This document shows positions 1 through 7,818 of a stretch of DNA of 26,523 nucleotides, in pieces. A program made the translations under genes and the position numbers. The notes beneath the pieces are model-generated. The model saw only the letters and a list, made by a program, of their open reading frames with translations. It ran no database searches and was not told the DNA's origin. Every line of letters starts with the position of its first letter. Positions within the stretch are counted from its first letter, which is position 1. This stretch comes from Candidatus Krumholzibacteriia bacterium (GTDB lineage: Bacteria > Krumholzibacteriota > Krumholzibacteriia > WVZY01): positions 1 through 26,523 of the forward strand of contig JBHHVD010000041.1 in NCBI GenBank assembly GCA_046754105.1, given 5' to 3'.

Positions 1-250
1 TGCCCCCCTCCTCGAGGATCTCGTATCCGGTCTCGAGCGCGACGGTAAGGGCGTCCCTGTACGCCTTTTCCCGCTCGGGCGTCATGTTTTTGCGGAGAAT
101 GGTCCCCGCACCGCCGTGGACCACGATGGCGATGGGCCGTTGCTTCGGTGCCCGCGCCTGCTCGGTGCCGTTTCGCTCGACGCATCCCCAGGCGAGGCCG
201 GCGAGCAGCAGCGTCACCATGATGGTTCGGTAAACGCGGTTGGAATTCAT
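1..250 (-). CDS. iaaA: Isoaspartyl peptidase/L-asparaginase (Ntn-hydrolase family), N-terminal part only, with probable lipoprotein signal
   Basis: Not in the ORF track. Manual translation from ATG at 250: MNSNRVYRTIMVTLLLAGLAWGCVERNGTEQARAPKQRPIAIVVHGGAGTILRKNMTPEREKAYRDALTVALETGYEILEEGG, running off the window. IAIVVHGGAG is the typical N-terminal motif of this family. SD-like GGAGGG precedes the ATG. Confidence 0.85.
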   Translation of the reverse strand, partial: MNSNRVYRTIMVTLLLAGLAWGCVERNGTEQARAPKQRPIAIVVHGGAGTILRKNMTPEREKAYRDALTVALETGYEILEEGG

Positions 251-334
251 ATTCCCCTCCCTCGGCGGGTGTTGTACATTGTTTGCGGAGTGAATCACGA
301 CGCGCGGGCGTGGCGGTGGCTCCGCGTGTCTGTG

Positions 335-343
335 ATTATATCA
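335..343 (-). promoter_or_regulatory. Extended -10 element (TGATATAAT) upstream of iaaA
   Basis: Exact TGnTATAAT match on the minus strand about 85 nt upstream of the ATG, in an AT-rich patch of a GC-rich sequence. Confidence 0.55.
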
Positions 344-373
344 TACACGGGTGTTTCCCAGAAGCCCGTGTAT
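343..373. promoter_or_regulatory. 9-bp perfect inverted repeat ATACACGGG-N13-CCCGTGTAT, candidate operator between iaaA and dinB
   Basis: Arms at 343-351 and 365-373. The right arm overlaps a TATACT -10-like hexamer (371-376) upstream of dinB. Confidence 0.4.
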
Positions 374-390
374 ACTCGTGGAGCGATACG

Positions 391-1575
391 ATGCCGCATC
401 GCGCGATCTTGCATATCGATATGGACGCTTTCTACGCGTCGATCGAGATTCTCGAAAACCCCGAGCTCCGCGGCAAGCCGGTCATCGTCGGCGGCACGCC
501 GGAGACACGCGGTGTGGTGGCCGCGGCGTCGTACGAGGTGCGCAACTACGGGGTGCACAGCGCCATGAGTTCCTACCGCGCCAGGAAACTGTGCCCGCAC
601 GCCGTGTTTCTTCCTTCCCGCATGGGGCACTACGTCACCTATTCCAGGAAAGTATTCGCGATATTCAGGGAATACACACCGCTGGTCGAACCCATCTCCA
701 TCGACGAGGCGTTTCTCGACGTGACGGGCAGCCGCAAACTCTTCGGGCGCGCCTCGGAGATCGGGCGCACAATCAAGGAACGCATACGCGACGAGATCGG
801 CTTGACGGCGTCGGTCGGCGTGGCGGAAAACAAGTTTCTGGCGAAACTCGCCAGCGACCTCGAAAAGCCGGACGGCTTCGTCGTTATCCAGCCTGGTGAG
901 GCGGAGGCACGTTTGGCCGAGCTCCCCGTGGGCAAGCTGTGGGGGATCGGCAAGGTGTCGCAAAAGCACCTGGCCAGCCACGGTGTTCACAAGATAAAGG
1001 ACCTGCTCGCGTTCCCGGCCGAACGGCTCGAGTCCGTCGTCGGTTCGTACGCCCGACGGCTGCGTGATCTCGCGCGCGGCGTCGACGACCGACCCGTGGT
1101 GGTCGGCGAGGAATCAAAATCCGTCGGGGCGGAGACCACGTTCGCGGAAGATATCGGCGACGCCGGTGAGTTGCGGCGGCTGCTGGACAGCCTTGCCACC
1201 CGCGTGGCGAAACGGCTGCGCAAGGAAGGCTACCGCGCGCACACGGTCAACCTCAAGGCACGCTATCCCGACTTCGCGACGGTAACCCGCGCGCTGACGC
1301 TCCCCGCGTCAACGGCCGTCACCCAGGAGATTATCTGCGCCGCGCGGCAGCTCCTGGAGAGCCGCCTCGGCCGTGGCGACAGGCCGCTTCGGCTGCTGGG
1401 CGTGTCGGTGTCGAACCTGGTGCGTCCGGCCGAAGGTGAGCCCGAGCTGTTTCCCGACCGCGCGAGAGAGCAGGAGGAGCGAGTAGACCACCTGCTCGAC
1501 GACATTCAAAAACGCTTCGGAGAAAAATCGATCTGGCGTGGAGAGACCCGCCGCAGGCGCAGCGATGATGCTTGA
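391..1575 (+). CDS. dinB: DNA polymerase IV (Y-family translesion polymerase)
   Basis: Motifs ILHIDMDAFYASIE, AASYEVR, SIDEAFLD, SVGVAENKFLAKLASD, KLWGIG and C-terminal RLLGVSVSNL. Start placed at ATG 391 (GGAG at 380-383) rather than the track start at 283. Confidence 0.95.
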   Translation: MPHRAILHIDMDAFYASIEILENPELRGKPVIVGGTPETRGVVAAASYEVRNYGVHSAMSSYRARKLCPHAVFLPSRMGHYVTYSRKVFAIFREYTPLVEPISIDEAFLDVTGSRKLFGRASEIGRTIKERIRDEIGLTASVGVAENKFLAKLASDLEKPDGFVVIQPGEAEARLAELPVGKLWGIGKVSQKHLASHGVHKIKDLLAFPAERLESVVGSYARRLRDLARGVDDRPVVVGEESKSVGAETTFAEDIGDAGELRRLLDSLATRVAKRLRKEGYRAHTVNLKARYPDFATVTRALTLPASTAVTQEIICAARQLLESRLGRGDRPLRLLGVSVSNLVRPAEGEPELFPDRAREQEERVDHLLDDIQKRFGEKSIWRGETRRRRSDDA

Positions 1576-1624
1576 CGGGATCGTTCGCGGACCTTGCCGA
1601 CGGGCGTGCCCCGCCTTTCCGAGA

Positions 1625-2614
1625 CTATTTCAGGTGGACGTTGACCAGCGGCAGGACGCGTAGCAGCCTGGGATTGTTGCCCGCGTAGTTTATGACGCCG
1701 ATCTGGACTCCGTTGAGGAAACGCGTGAAGTTGTAGAGACCGATCTGCACGCCGGCCATTTCGTCGAACACTTTGTTGTGCGCCGCGGCAACCAGGCCTT
1801 CCGCGTGATGGAAGCGGCTTACCAGGCCGCCGATCGCGGCACCACGCACTTCGTCCGCGCCGACGCCGAGCCCGCCGATGGCGAGGCCGGTCATCGCGTC
1901 GCCGCCGACCCCAAGACCACCGAAAAAGAGACCGCGCATGTCATCGCCGCCCACCCCCAGGCCGCCGAGAAAGAGCCCCGTCATGTCGTCCCCACCGATG
2001 CCGAGACCACCGGCCGCAATCCCCGTTATGTTGTCTCCACCCACGCCGAGCCCCCCGGCGACCACGCCGGTCATGTTGTCGCCGCCGACACCGAGCCCCC
2101 CGGCAAAGAGTCCTTCCATGTCGTCCCCGGCCACGCCGAGGCCGCCCACCGCGAGGCCCGTGATATCCCCTGCACCCATGCCGATGCCCCCGAGCATGAT
2201 ACCCTTGAGCTCGCCGCCGCCCATGCCGACGCCGCCGATCCCGATCCCCGTCACACCGGTCTCGACGCCCAGCCCGACCAGTCCCACGGCCACGCCGGAC
2301 ACGTGCTCCGCCCCGAGCCCGACACCGGTGAGCATGACCCCCGTCAAATCGCGGGCATCGATGCCGACCAGACCCAGCTGCAGGCCGTGGATTTCGGCGC
2401 GCGGGTTGTTGCCCGGCTTCCACAGGGTCAGATTGACCCCGGTTACGTTCTCTACTCGTTCGTCGGTGAAGTTGATGCGCAGGCCGGTGAAGTGCTTCGA
2501 GTTCCCGAGACTGAGGCCGACGTTGTTAACCGCGAGATCGAGCGACCCGCTCCACCCCGGGCGGGCGCCCAGGCAGAGACACGCGAATGACAGCCACAAC
2601 ACTTTTCTATGCAT
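1625..2614 (-). CDS. Exported Gly-rich 15-aa repeat protein, resembling the LA_2272-type surface repeat family
   Basis: Signal-peptide-like N-terminus MHRKVLWLSFACLCLG, GGLGVGGDxMxGxxx repeats, and C-terminal GVQIGLYN/GVQIGVIN motifs. ATG at 2614 overlaps the upstream stop (TAATG). Confidence 0.7.
   Translation of the reverse strand: MHRKVLWLSFACLCLGARPGWSGSLDLAVNNVGLSLGNSKHFTGLRINFTDERVENVTGVNLTLWKPGNNPRAEIHGLQLGLVGIDARDLTGVMLTGVGLGAEHVSGVAVGLVGLGVETGVTGIGIGGVGMGGGELKGIMLGGIGMGAGDITGLAVGGLGVAGDDMEGLFAGGLGVGGDNMTGVVAGGLGVGGDNITGIAAGGLGIGGDDMTGLFLGGLGVGGDDMRGLFFGGLGVGGDAMTGLAIGGLGVGADEVRGAAIGGLVSRFHHAEGLVAAAHNKVFDEMAGVQIGLYNFTRFLNGVQIGVINYAGNNPRLLRVLPLVNVHLK
1832..2236 (-). repeat. Nine degenerate 45-bp coding tandem repeats (15 aa each), with weaker units on both sides
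   Basis: Units include GGLGVAGDDMEGLFA, GGLGVGGDNMTGVVA, GGLGVGGDNITGIAA, GGLGIGGDDMTGLFL, GGLGVGGDDMRGLFF. Confidence 0.9.
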
Positions 2615-4350
2615 TATTCTCCCTTGGCCATCTTGACCGTTACACCCCAATTCCATGGATCAGCAGGGGGCTTGGCGTTCCAGCGGTTGAACGAGTGAGA
2701 CCCATCCGATTCATAAAACAACTTGTACTCACCTGCGTCCAGCGTCACGGTGTCGTTGTAGATACGATTCTTGCGCGCGCCGCCGGCGTGATCGGTCATC
2801 CGGTACGTCATTTCCCAGATGACCCGGCCCGTCCTGGCGCTTTCGATCCACGCGTAGTCGTACATGCGGCCCCTGTTGCCCTCTCCAATCGCGTAGATGC
2901 GCACCGTGCTCCTCCTGGCAAGCTTGAAAGATTTGTGCTCGTATTCGTTGTTGCCGATTCGCACGATTTGTGCGATCACCGACTTGTCTTCTTGCTCTTC
3001 GTAGCTCGTAAAATCGGACTTGTTACCGCCGGCGAAAAAAATGGTCAACCCCCAGTGCGCGGGATCGTGCGGTTGTGACGCGTTCCAGTCGCGATAGGAG
3101 TGCGACCCGTCGGTTATCGAGTAGGCCAGGTAGTCGCCCTTATCCAGCTTGATGACCTCGTTGACCATGCGGTTCTTGCTGGCGCCGCCGGCATGGTCGC
3201 TCCTGCGATACGTGAACGCCCAGACGGTCTCCCGCGTGTCCGCGTCGACGATCCAACTGTAATCGGCCATGTCGCCGCTCACCCCTTCGCCTATCGCGTA
3301 CACGCGCAGCTCCATGGGTTTCTTCAACGTGAAGCCCTCGCTGCGAAACTCCTCGTCGCGAAGCTCGGTGAGCTGGAGGAGTACGTTCTTGTCCTCGACT
3401 TCCTTGTAATCGGATGTTCTTGCGTATTCGGCCATCCCGGGGTCGGCAGCGCGAACGGTGAGCCCCCAGAAAAACGGATCCAACGGGGGCGCGGAATTCC
3501 ACTCTTCGAAATCGTGCGAATCGTCCGTTGCGCAAAAGATCGCGTACGACCCCGCGGGGAGTGAAATCGTTTCCTTGCGCATGCGATTCTTGGAGGCGCC
3601 GCCGGCGGCGTCCGAGTTGCCGTAATCGAACCGCCAGACCGTCTCGCGAGTGGCCGTGTCGATGATCCAGCTGTAGTCGTAACTGCCTTCCTTGTTCATC
3701 TCGCCAACGGCGTACAGTTCGAGGTCGATTCTCCGGTCCAGGGTAAGCGCCAGCTTCTCGAACCGGTTCTTGCCCAGCCCTGTCAGCGACACGATCGCGT
3801 TTTTCTGGAGCTCGCGGTGGTATTCGATCAGCTGCGCCTCGTCGAGCGCCCGTCCGTCACCGCGCACGACGACCCGGAACTTCTTGGCGGCCCGCCGGTA
3901 ATCCCGGTAGTCGAAGTCGCGGCCGATGATGTCGTCCAGCGCCCGTCCGAAGAGATTGTCGCGGCCGTACCCGCGGCTCCACGGGAACGACGCGTAATAC
4001 ACCTCGTATCGTCCCGCCGGCAGGCGGAGGTCGCTCGTATATTCGCGAAGGTGGTCGGAGACGGACTCCGAATCGGCGTCCCTCATCTCCCACACGACGT
4101 CCCGCGTGTCGGCGTCGAGGATCCAGGCGGAACTCATCCTCACGTCGGTGCGCTTGCTGCGATGACGGATGCCCACGGCCAGGACGGAAACCTCCTGTTT
4201 CGAAGCGAGCTCGAACCCCGCGGCGGCGATTTCATTCGGGCGCAGGCGCTCGATCTCGACCAGGACCCGGTCCTGGGACCGTGCCGGGACGGCGACCGAC
4301 ACACCCGTAACGATCAGTAGGGCTTGCAGGAGCTTGCGATAATGTGTCAT
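2614..4350 (-). CDS. Exported hypothetical protein with four internal repeat domains
   Basis: ATG at 4350 with GGAGG about 9 nt upstream. Signal peptide MTHYRKLLQALLIVTGVSVAVPARS. Repeated AxGE..YxWI..VW..AGGAxKNR..DxSH..WN..DP..WG blocks. Confidence 0.8.
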   Translation of the reverse strand: MTHYRKLLQALLIVTGVSVAVPARSQDRVLVEIERLRPNEIAAAGFELASKQEVSVLAVGIRHRSKRTDVRMSSAWILDADTRDVVWEMRDADSESVSDHLREYTSDLRLPAGRYEVYYASFPWSRGYGRDNLFGRALDDIIGRDFDYRDYRRAAKKFRVVVRGDGRALDEAQLIEYHRELQKNAIVSLTGLGKNRFEKLALTLDRRIDLELYAVGEMNKEGSYDYSWIIDTATRETVWRFDYGNSDAAGGASKNRMRKETISLPAGSYAIFCATDDSHDFEEWNSAPPLDPFFWGLTVRAADPGMAEYARTSDYKEVEDKNVLLQLTELRDEEFRSEGFTLKKPMELRVYAIGEGVSGDMADYSWIVDADTRETVWAFTYRRSDHAGGASKNRMVNEVIKLDKGDYLAYSITDGSHSYRDWNASQPHDPAHWGLTIFFAGGNKSDFTSYEEQEDKSVIAQIVRIGNNEYEHKSFKLARRSTVRIYAIGEGNRGRMYDYAWIESARTGRVIWEMTYRMTDHAGGARKNRIYNDTVTLDAGEYKLFYESDGSHSFNRWNAKPPADPWNWGVTVKMAKGE

Positions 4351-4483
4351 GCGTGGAGACCTCCGCTTCATCCGTTAAGACGGCGCACCCCCCATCCAGG
4401 GTTGCAGGAACGTATTTGAGTTTATTCTCGTGCCGGGGCGGTATCGACCCCGCCGGATCTAGCCGGAACGGGGGAAATCACCA

Positions 4484-5284
4484 TTACTGGCTTATATTCC
4501 GTCTGGTTAGACCCTCCGGAAGCTTAAAAAGTTGGGGGTCAATTGGTTCCCGGCGCAGCTCCCGCACCTTGGACCGCTCGCTGGGGCTCTCGCCCTCGTA
4601 GGCGACGACCATGATGGGAAATCCCTCCACCCCGGCGGCGTCCTCCCTGGCAAACGAGAAGAAAGCGGGCAGGCGCTGGCCGGCGCCCTCGAACATGTCC
4701 GCCATGTCACCGAATACCACCAGATCCGCGCGGGTGATGCCCAGCGCCCCCCAGGCGGCGGCCCAGACGTCCTCGCGCTTCTCGCCGCCTTGATAGCCCT
4801 CGTACTGGTCGCAGGTCCAATGACTTACCCGGGTGCCGGTGGAGACCTTACGGTACTCGGGGCGGGCGGGGTCTTTCGCCAACTCGTCCACCGGCCGCCG
4901 GTAGAGGCGCTCCATCTGCCGCTTGCGCTCCGGAGTCAGGTTCTGGATCTGTCGGTCGATCGCCTTTCGGGACCGCTCCGCCTGCGCCCGGATGCGCTGC
5001 ATGTCGCGCCAGGTCACCTCGACGTAGGTGGATGCCCGCCGGTCGATCAGCCAGTAGCGCGGCTTGTTCTCCGTGCCCCGGTCGTAGATGACCGTATAAT
5101 CCGTCCCTCCCTCTGTGGAGTCGATCCGCAGGCGGTTCTTCTCCAGGTACACGGTCGCCGTACCCTCCGAGGTGGGCCGGGTAAAGGTTTCCGTGTCGAC
5201 GACGATCACCGTGCCCGCCCGGCCGTCCGCGGCGGCGAAGGCGATGAGGCAAGCGGCGGCCAGCCAGGATCTGGTCCAATGCAT
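4484..5284 (-). CDS. Exported DUF4412-like protein
   Basis: ATG at 5284 with GGAG upstream. Signal peptide MHWTRSWLAAACLIAFAAADGRA. Motifs NRLRID, a helical insertion, TGTRVSHWTCDQY, GFPI and terminal IDPQLFKLPEG are typical of DUF4412/LolA-like-fold proteins. Confidence 0.7.
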   Translation of the reverse strand: MHWTRSWLAAACLIAFAAADGRAGTVIVVDTETFTRPTSEGTATVYLEKNRLRIDSTEGGTDYTVIYDRGTENKPRYWLIDRRASTYVEVTWRDMQRIRAQAERSRKAIDRQIQNLTPERKRQMERLYRRPVDELAKDPARPEYRKVSTGTRVSHWTCDQYEGYQGGEKREDVWAAAWGALGITRADLVVFGDMADMFEGAGQRLPAFFSFAREDAAGVEGFPIMVVAYEGESPSERSKVRELRREPIDPQLFKLPEGLTRRNISQ

Positions 5285-5354
5285 GGTGTCTCCAGTTGAA
5301 CGTGGAAGCGATTGCAGCACCAATAAAATCGGTACTTCCGTGGGCCCGGCGCCA

Positions 5355-5383
5355 ATGGTAGCGCGGATGGATCGGCCTGTCAA
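5355..5383 (-). promoter_or_regulatory. Sigma70-type promoter TTGACA-N17-TACCAT for the DUF4412-like gene
   Basis: Consensus -35 (5383-5378), 17-nt spacer, -10 at 5360-5355. Confidence 0.65.
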
Positions 5384-5437
5384 ACCGCCCGGCTCCCCGG
5401 GGCCGGGCCATCCCGGGGGGTTGACCCCGGGGCCGAG

Positions 5438-5467
5438 TTGACCCGGGCCGGGGACCGGTGCTACAAT
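5438..5467 (+). promoter_or_regulatory. Sigma70-type promoter TTGACC-N18-TACAAT with extended TG, for the lipoprotein pair
   Basis: -35 at 5438-5443 and TGcTACAAT at 5459-5467, about 80 nt upstream of ATG 5549. Confidence 0.6.
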
Positions 5468-5548
5468 GAAACGTCCCGGCATATCGCCGTTGAACCTGCC
5501 GTTGCCGGGCCGGTTGGGTTCGCCCCGTTCCTGTATATGGGGTGTCCG

Positions 5549-6151
5549 ATGAAGTCCGCGTTTGTCCTCCTTGTTTGTATCGTCGTAGCCGCCATGGCCA
5601 CGAGTTGCGGCGATGATCCCGTCGCCCCTGTCACCGTCCCCGAGCAGGCGCTCGCCGAGATCGTCCTGAAAACCACCGGGGGGGCCGCGGGGATCGTGGA
5701 CACGGTTACCGTCGGGTATTGGCTGAGCCCGACGCCCTTCCCGAGGAAATCGGACGCACAAAGCCTCCCCGTTTTCGACGTGCCGCCGGCGCTCGTTTCG
5801 GTGCGTTTCACCAGCGCCGACGAGGGCTCGGTGTTCGTTGTGAACACGGCCAGCAACCCCGACTTTGCAGCCGCGGTGGCGTTTCTCACCAACGGCGTGG
5901 ATGATTTCACACGGTTGCTCATCGGCTTTCCCCCCGCGGGAGCCACAGGCGGATCCTCGACGGAATCGGTCGCTTTCGGCGGCGGCATTCTGGGAAACTA
6001 CAACCCCGATCTCAAAGGCGCTTCGATCACCGGAGTGTCCGTCGTGCTCAAGCGCGTGGTGCTGACCACCCCGGGCCGCGATCCGAACGGAGACGGTAAC
6101 TGGACGGACCACGACATCGACGTGCGGCTGGTGATCACCGGACGACCCTAG
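5549..6151 (+). CDS. Hypothetical lipoprotein (paralog 1)
   Basis: MKSAFVLLVCIVVAAMATSC lipobox-like signal followed by GDD. Clear similarity to the downstream gene. Start placed at ATG 5549. Confidence 0.75.
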   Translation: MKSAFVLLVCIVVAAMATSCGDDPVAPVTVPEQALAEIVLKTTGGAAGIVDTVTVGYWLSPTPFPRKSDAQSLPVFDVPPALVSVRFTSADEGSVFVVNTASNPDFAAAVAFLTNGVDDFTRLLIGFPPAGATGGSSTESVAFGGGILGNYNPDLKGASITGVSVVLKRVVLTTPGRDPNGDGNWTDHDIDVRLVITGRP

Positions 6152-6189
6152 CCGGTTTTTGGGCAGGGCCGGGTGGAGAAAGAGGTTAC

Positions 6190-6801
6190 ATGAAACGACT
6201 CGTCGCTATCACCGTGTGCGCCCTCGTTGCGCCGCTGTTCGCCGGTTGCGGAGATGACGCCCCCCTGTCCCCGGCCGTAGCACCGCAACCGCTGGCGCGG
6301 CTGCCCGTCTCCACAAGCGGCGGGTCGATCGGAATAACCGATTCCGTTTTGATTCGATTCTCGATCAGCGCTACCCCTTTTGCGGCGGGATCGGGAAGCG
6401 CCGGCGATACCGCCGCGCCGATTCTGGAATTCGTGAATATTCGTATCTCCAACGCGGACAATGGCAAGACCCGAGCGGTCGGTCCCTCGAACACGCCCGA
6501 TTTTGCGACGGCCGTCGGGGTTTTGACGAATGGTGTGGATGATTTTGCGCAGCTGATTCTGGCATTCACGCCAGCCGGCCAACCACCGCCCCCTCCCATG
6601 ATGGGTTCCGCGGAGTCGGCCTATATCAACGGTGGTCTGCTTGGAAATTACGACCCCGATTTCAAGGGAGCCGAGATAACGGGCGTGTCTGTCGTGGTGC
6701 GGGACGTGCAAATCGCGAGTCCCGGCCGTGACCCCAACGGCGACGGCAATTGGACCGACGTCACCCTCGACGCGAACCTGGTGATTATGGGCCGCCCGTA
6801 G
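6190..6801 (+). CDS. Hypothetical lipoprotein (paralog 2)
   Basis: GAGG SD. MKRLVAITVCALVAPLFAGC lipobox. Shares LTNGVDDF, LGNYxPDxKGA and PGRDPNGDGNWTD with paralog 1. Confidence 0.8.
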   Translation: MKRLVAITVCALVAPLFAGCGDDAPLSPAVAPQPLARLPVSTSGGSIGITDSVLIRFSISATPFAAGSGSAGDTAAPILEFVNIRISNADNGKTRAVGPSNTPDFATAVGVLTNGVDDFAQLILAFTPAGQPPPPPMMGSAESAYINGGLLGNYDPDFKGAEITGVSVVVRDVQIASPGRDPNGDGNWTDVTLDANLVIMGRP

Positions 6802-6814
6802 CGCGCCGCGGCCT

Positions 6815-7804
6815 CTACAAACCCAGTTTCTTGAGATAGCTTTCGTGGCCGTTCTGGTTGAGGCGCCAGTACTGGAGCCGCTCGGAGCCCGTCAACTCGG
6901 CGTCGAGATCGGGAGCGAACCGCCACTTTACGATCCGGTGGGGGTACTGCTCCTCAACGTAGAAAGTACCGTCCCGCCCGTCGTCGACCGCCACCCTGTA
7001 CACCATCACCTTGAACCCACCCGCGGGGACCCTGATGCGTACCGTTTTCGTTTCGCGCTCGATCTCCGCCCCGACCCACGCCGGCGGCTTGTGGGAGAGC
7101 CGGCCCGAGTAAGCGCTCGGCAGCAGCTGGATGCGCTTTTTCCCGCCCGGTTCGAGGTAAGCCCCTCGCAGCCCGCGCAGCAGGATAAAGAGGTTGTCTT
7201 CGGCGACGCCGTCCGGGGCGGCGTCGAGCTGACGCGGTCCCGATTCGTCTTCGAAGTAGCTGTAGTAATGCCCGCGAATCCCGTTGCGATCGAAACGCAG
7301 GTCCTCGTAGACGTGCCCGCACCACTCCGCGCTGGTGAACGAGATCTTCGCCGGCGAGAAATCACCGGAGCGCACGAAGACGGACGTCATCGTGTTGTAG
7401 TCGTAGATTCCCGTCTGGAAATCACGCACGATGTTGAGCTTGAGCGCATCGAAAGTATCGGAAGGGTTGCGGCCGGCGTCGTCGACCTTGACTCGTTTCG
7501 ATTCGCTGAACGGCTCGGTGACGTAGATCGTGACACACGTGCCCTTGCGCTCCTGCCCGTACCGCGACACGGTCAGGCGGTACCCGCTGAGCTCGGCCTT
7601 GCCGTCGTGCCAGTGGGAATCGAATTCCTTGTCGTTCGCCCGGGAGGGGCCGGCCCACGCCATCGAGACGGCGAGCGCCGCGGCGGCGCACACCGGCGCC
7701 GCGGCCCGTACGAGCGCGGCCGGAGTGCCGGCGGCCCATCGAAGTCCCGCGGCAGGGCGCGCCGCTGTTGCTTCGAGTCGTGATTCGTAAGATCCTGCGA
7801 GCAT
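6815..7804 (-). CDS. Conserved hypothetical protein, probably exported
   Basis: AAGGAG SD before ATG 7804, just downstream of kbl. Ala-rich hydrophobic leader, then a globular region with WHDGKAE, RYG, VTEPF, LKLN, TGIYDY and EWCG motifs. Confidence 0.7.
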   Translation of the reverse strand: MLAGSYESRLEATAARPAAGLRWAAGTPAALVRAAAPVCAAAALAVSMAWAGPSRANDKEFDSHWHDGKAELSGYRLTVSRYGQERKGTCVTIYVTEPFSESKRVKVDDAGRNPSDTFDALKLNIVRDFQTGIYDYNTMTSVFVRSGDFSPAKISFTSAEWCGHVYEDLRFDRNGIRGHYYSYFEDESGPRQLDAAPDGVAEDNLFILLRGLRGAYLEPGGKKRIQLLPSAYSGRLSHKPPAWVGAEIERETKTVRIRVPAGGFKVMVYRVAVDDGRDGTFYVEEQYPHRIVKWRFAPDLDAELTGSERLQYWRLNQNGHESYLKKLGL

Positions 7805-7818
7805 GACCGTTCTCCTTC

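Noticed and set aside
330..345. CTGT-initiated E. coli-type SOS box upstream of dinB
   Set aside because: The right half reads CATA, not ACAG.
1832..2236. Possible CRISPR array or non-coding VNTR
   Set aside because: The units are in-frame degenerate coding repeats without unique spacers, and no cas genes are present.
1778..2636. Pro-rich and Ala/His-rich repetitive plus-strand ORFs
   Set aside because: They are reverse-complement products of the Gly-rich repeat gene.
4379..4406. ECF-type promoter TGCAAC..CGTC upstream of the four-repeat gene
   Set aside because: The spacer is 18 nt, longer than the usual 16-17. It cannot be supported without the cognate sigma factor.
5285..6112. N-terminal extension of the 542-aa minus-strand ORF 4484..6112
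   Set aside because: It is antisense to lipoprotein 1 and runs through two promoters. The SD and signal peptide support a start at 5284.
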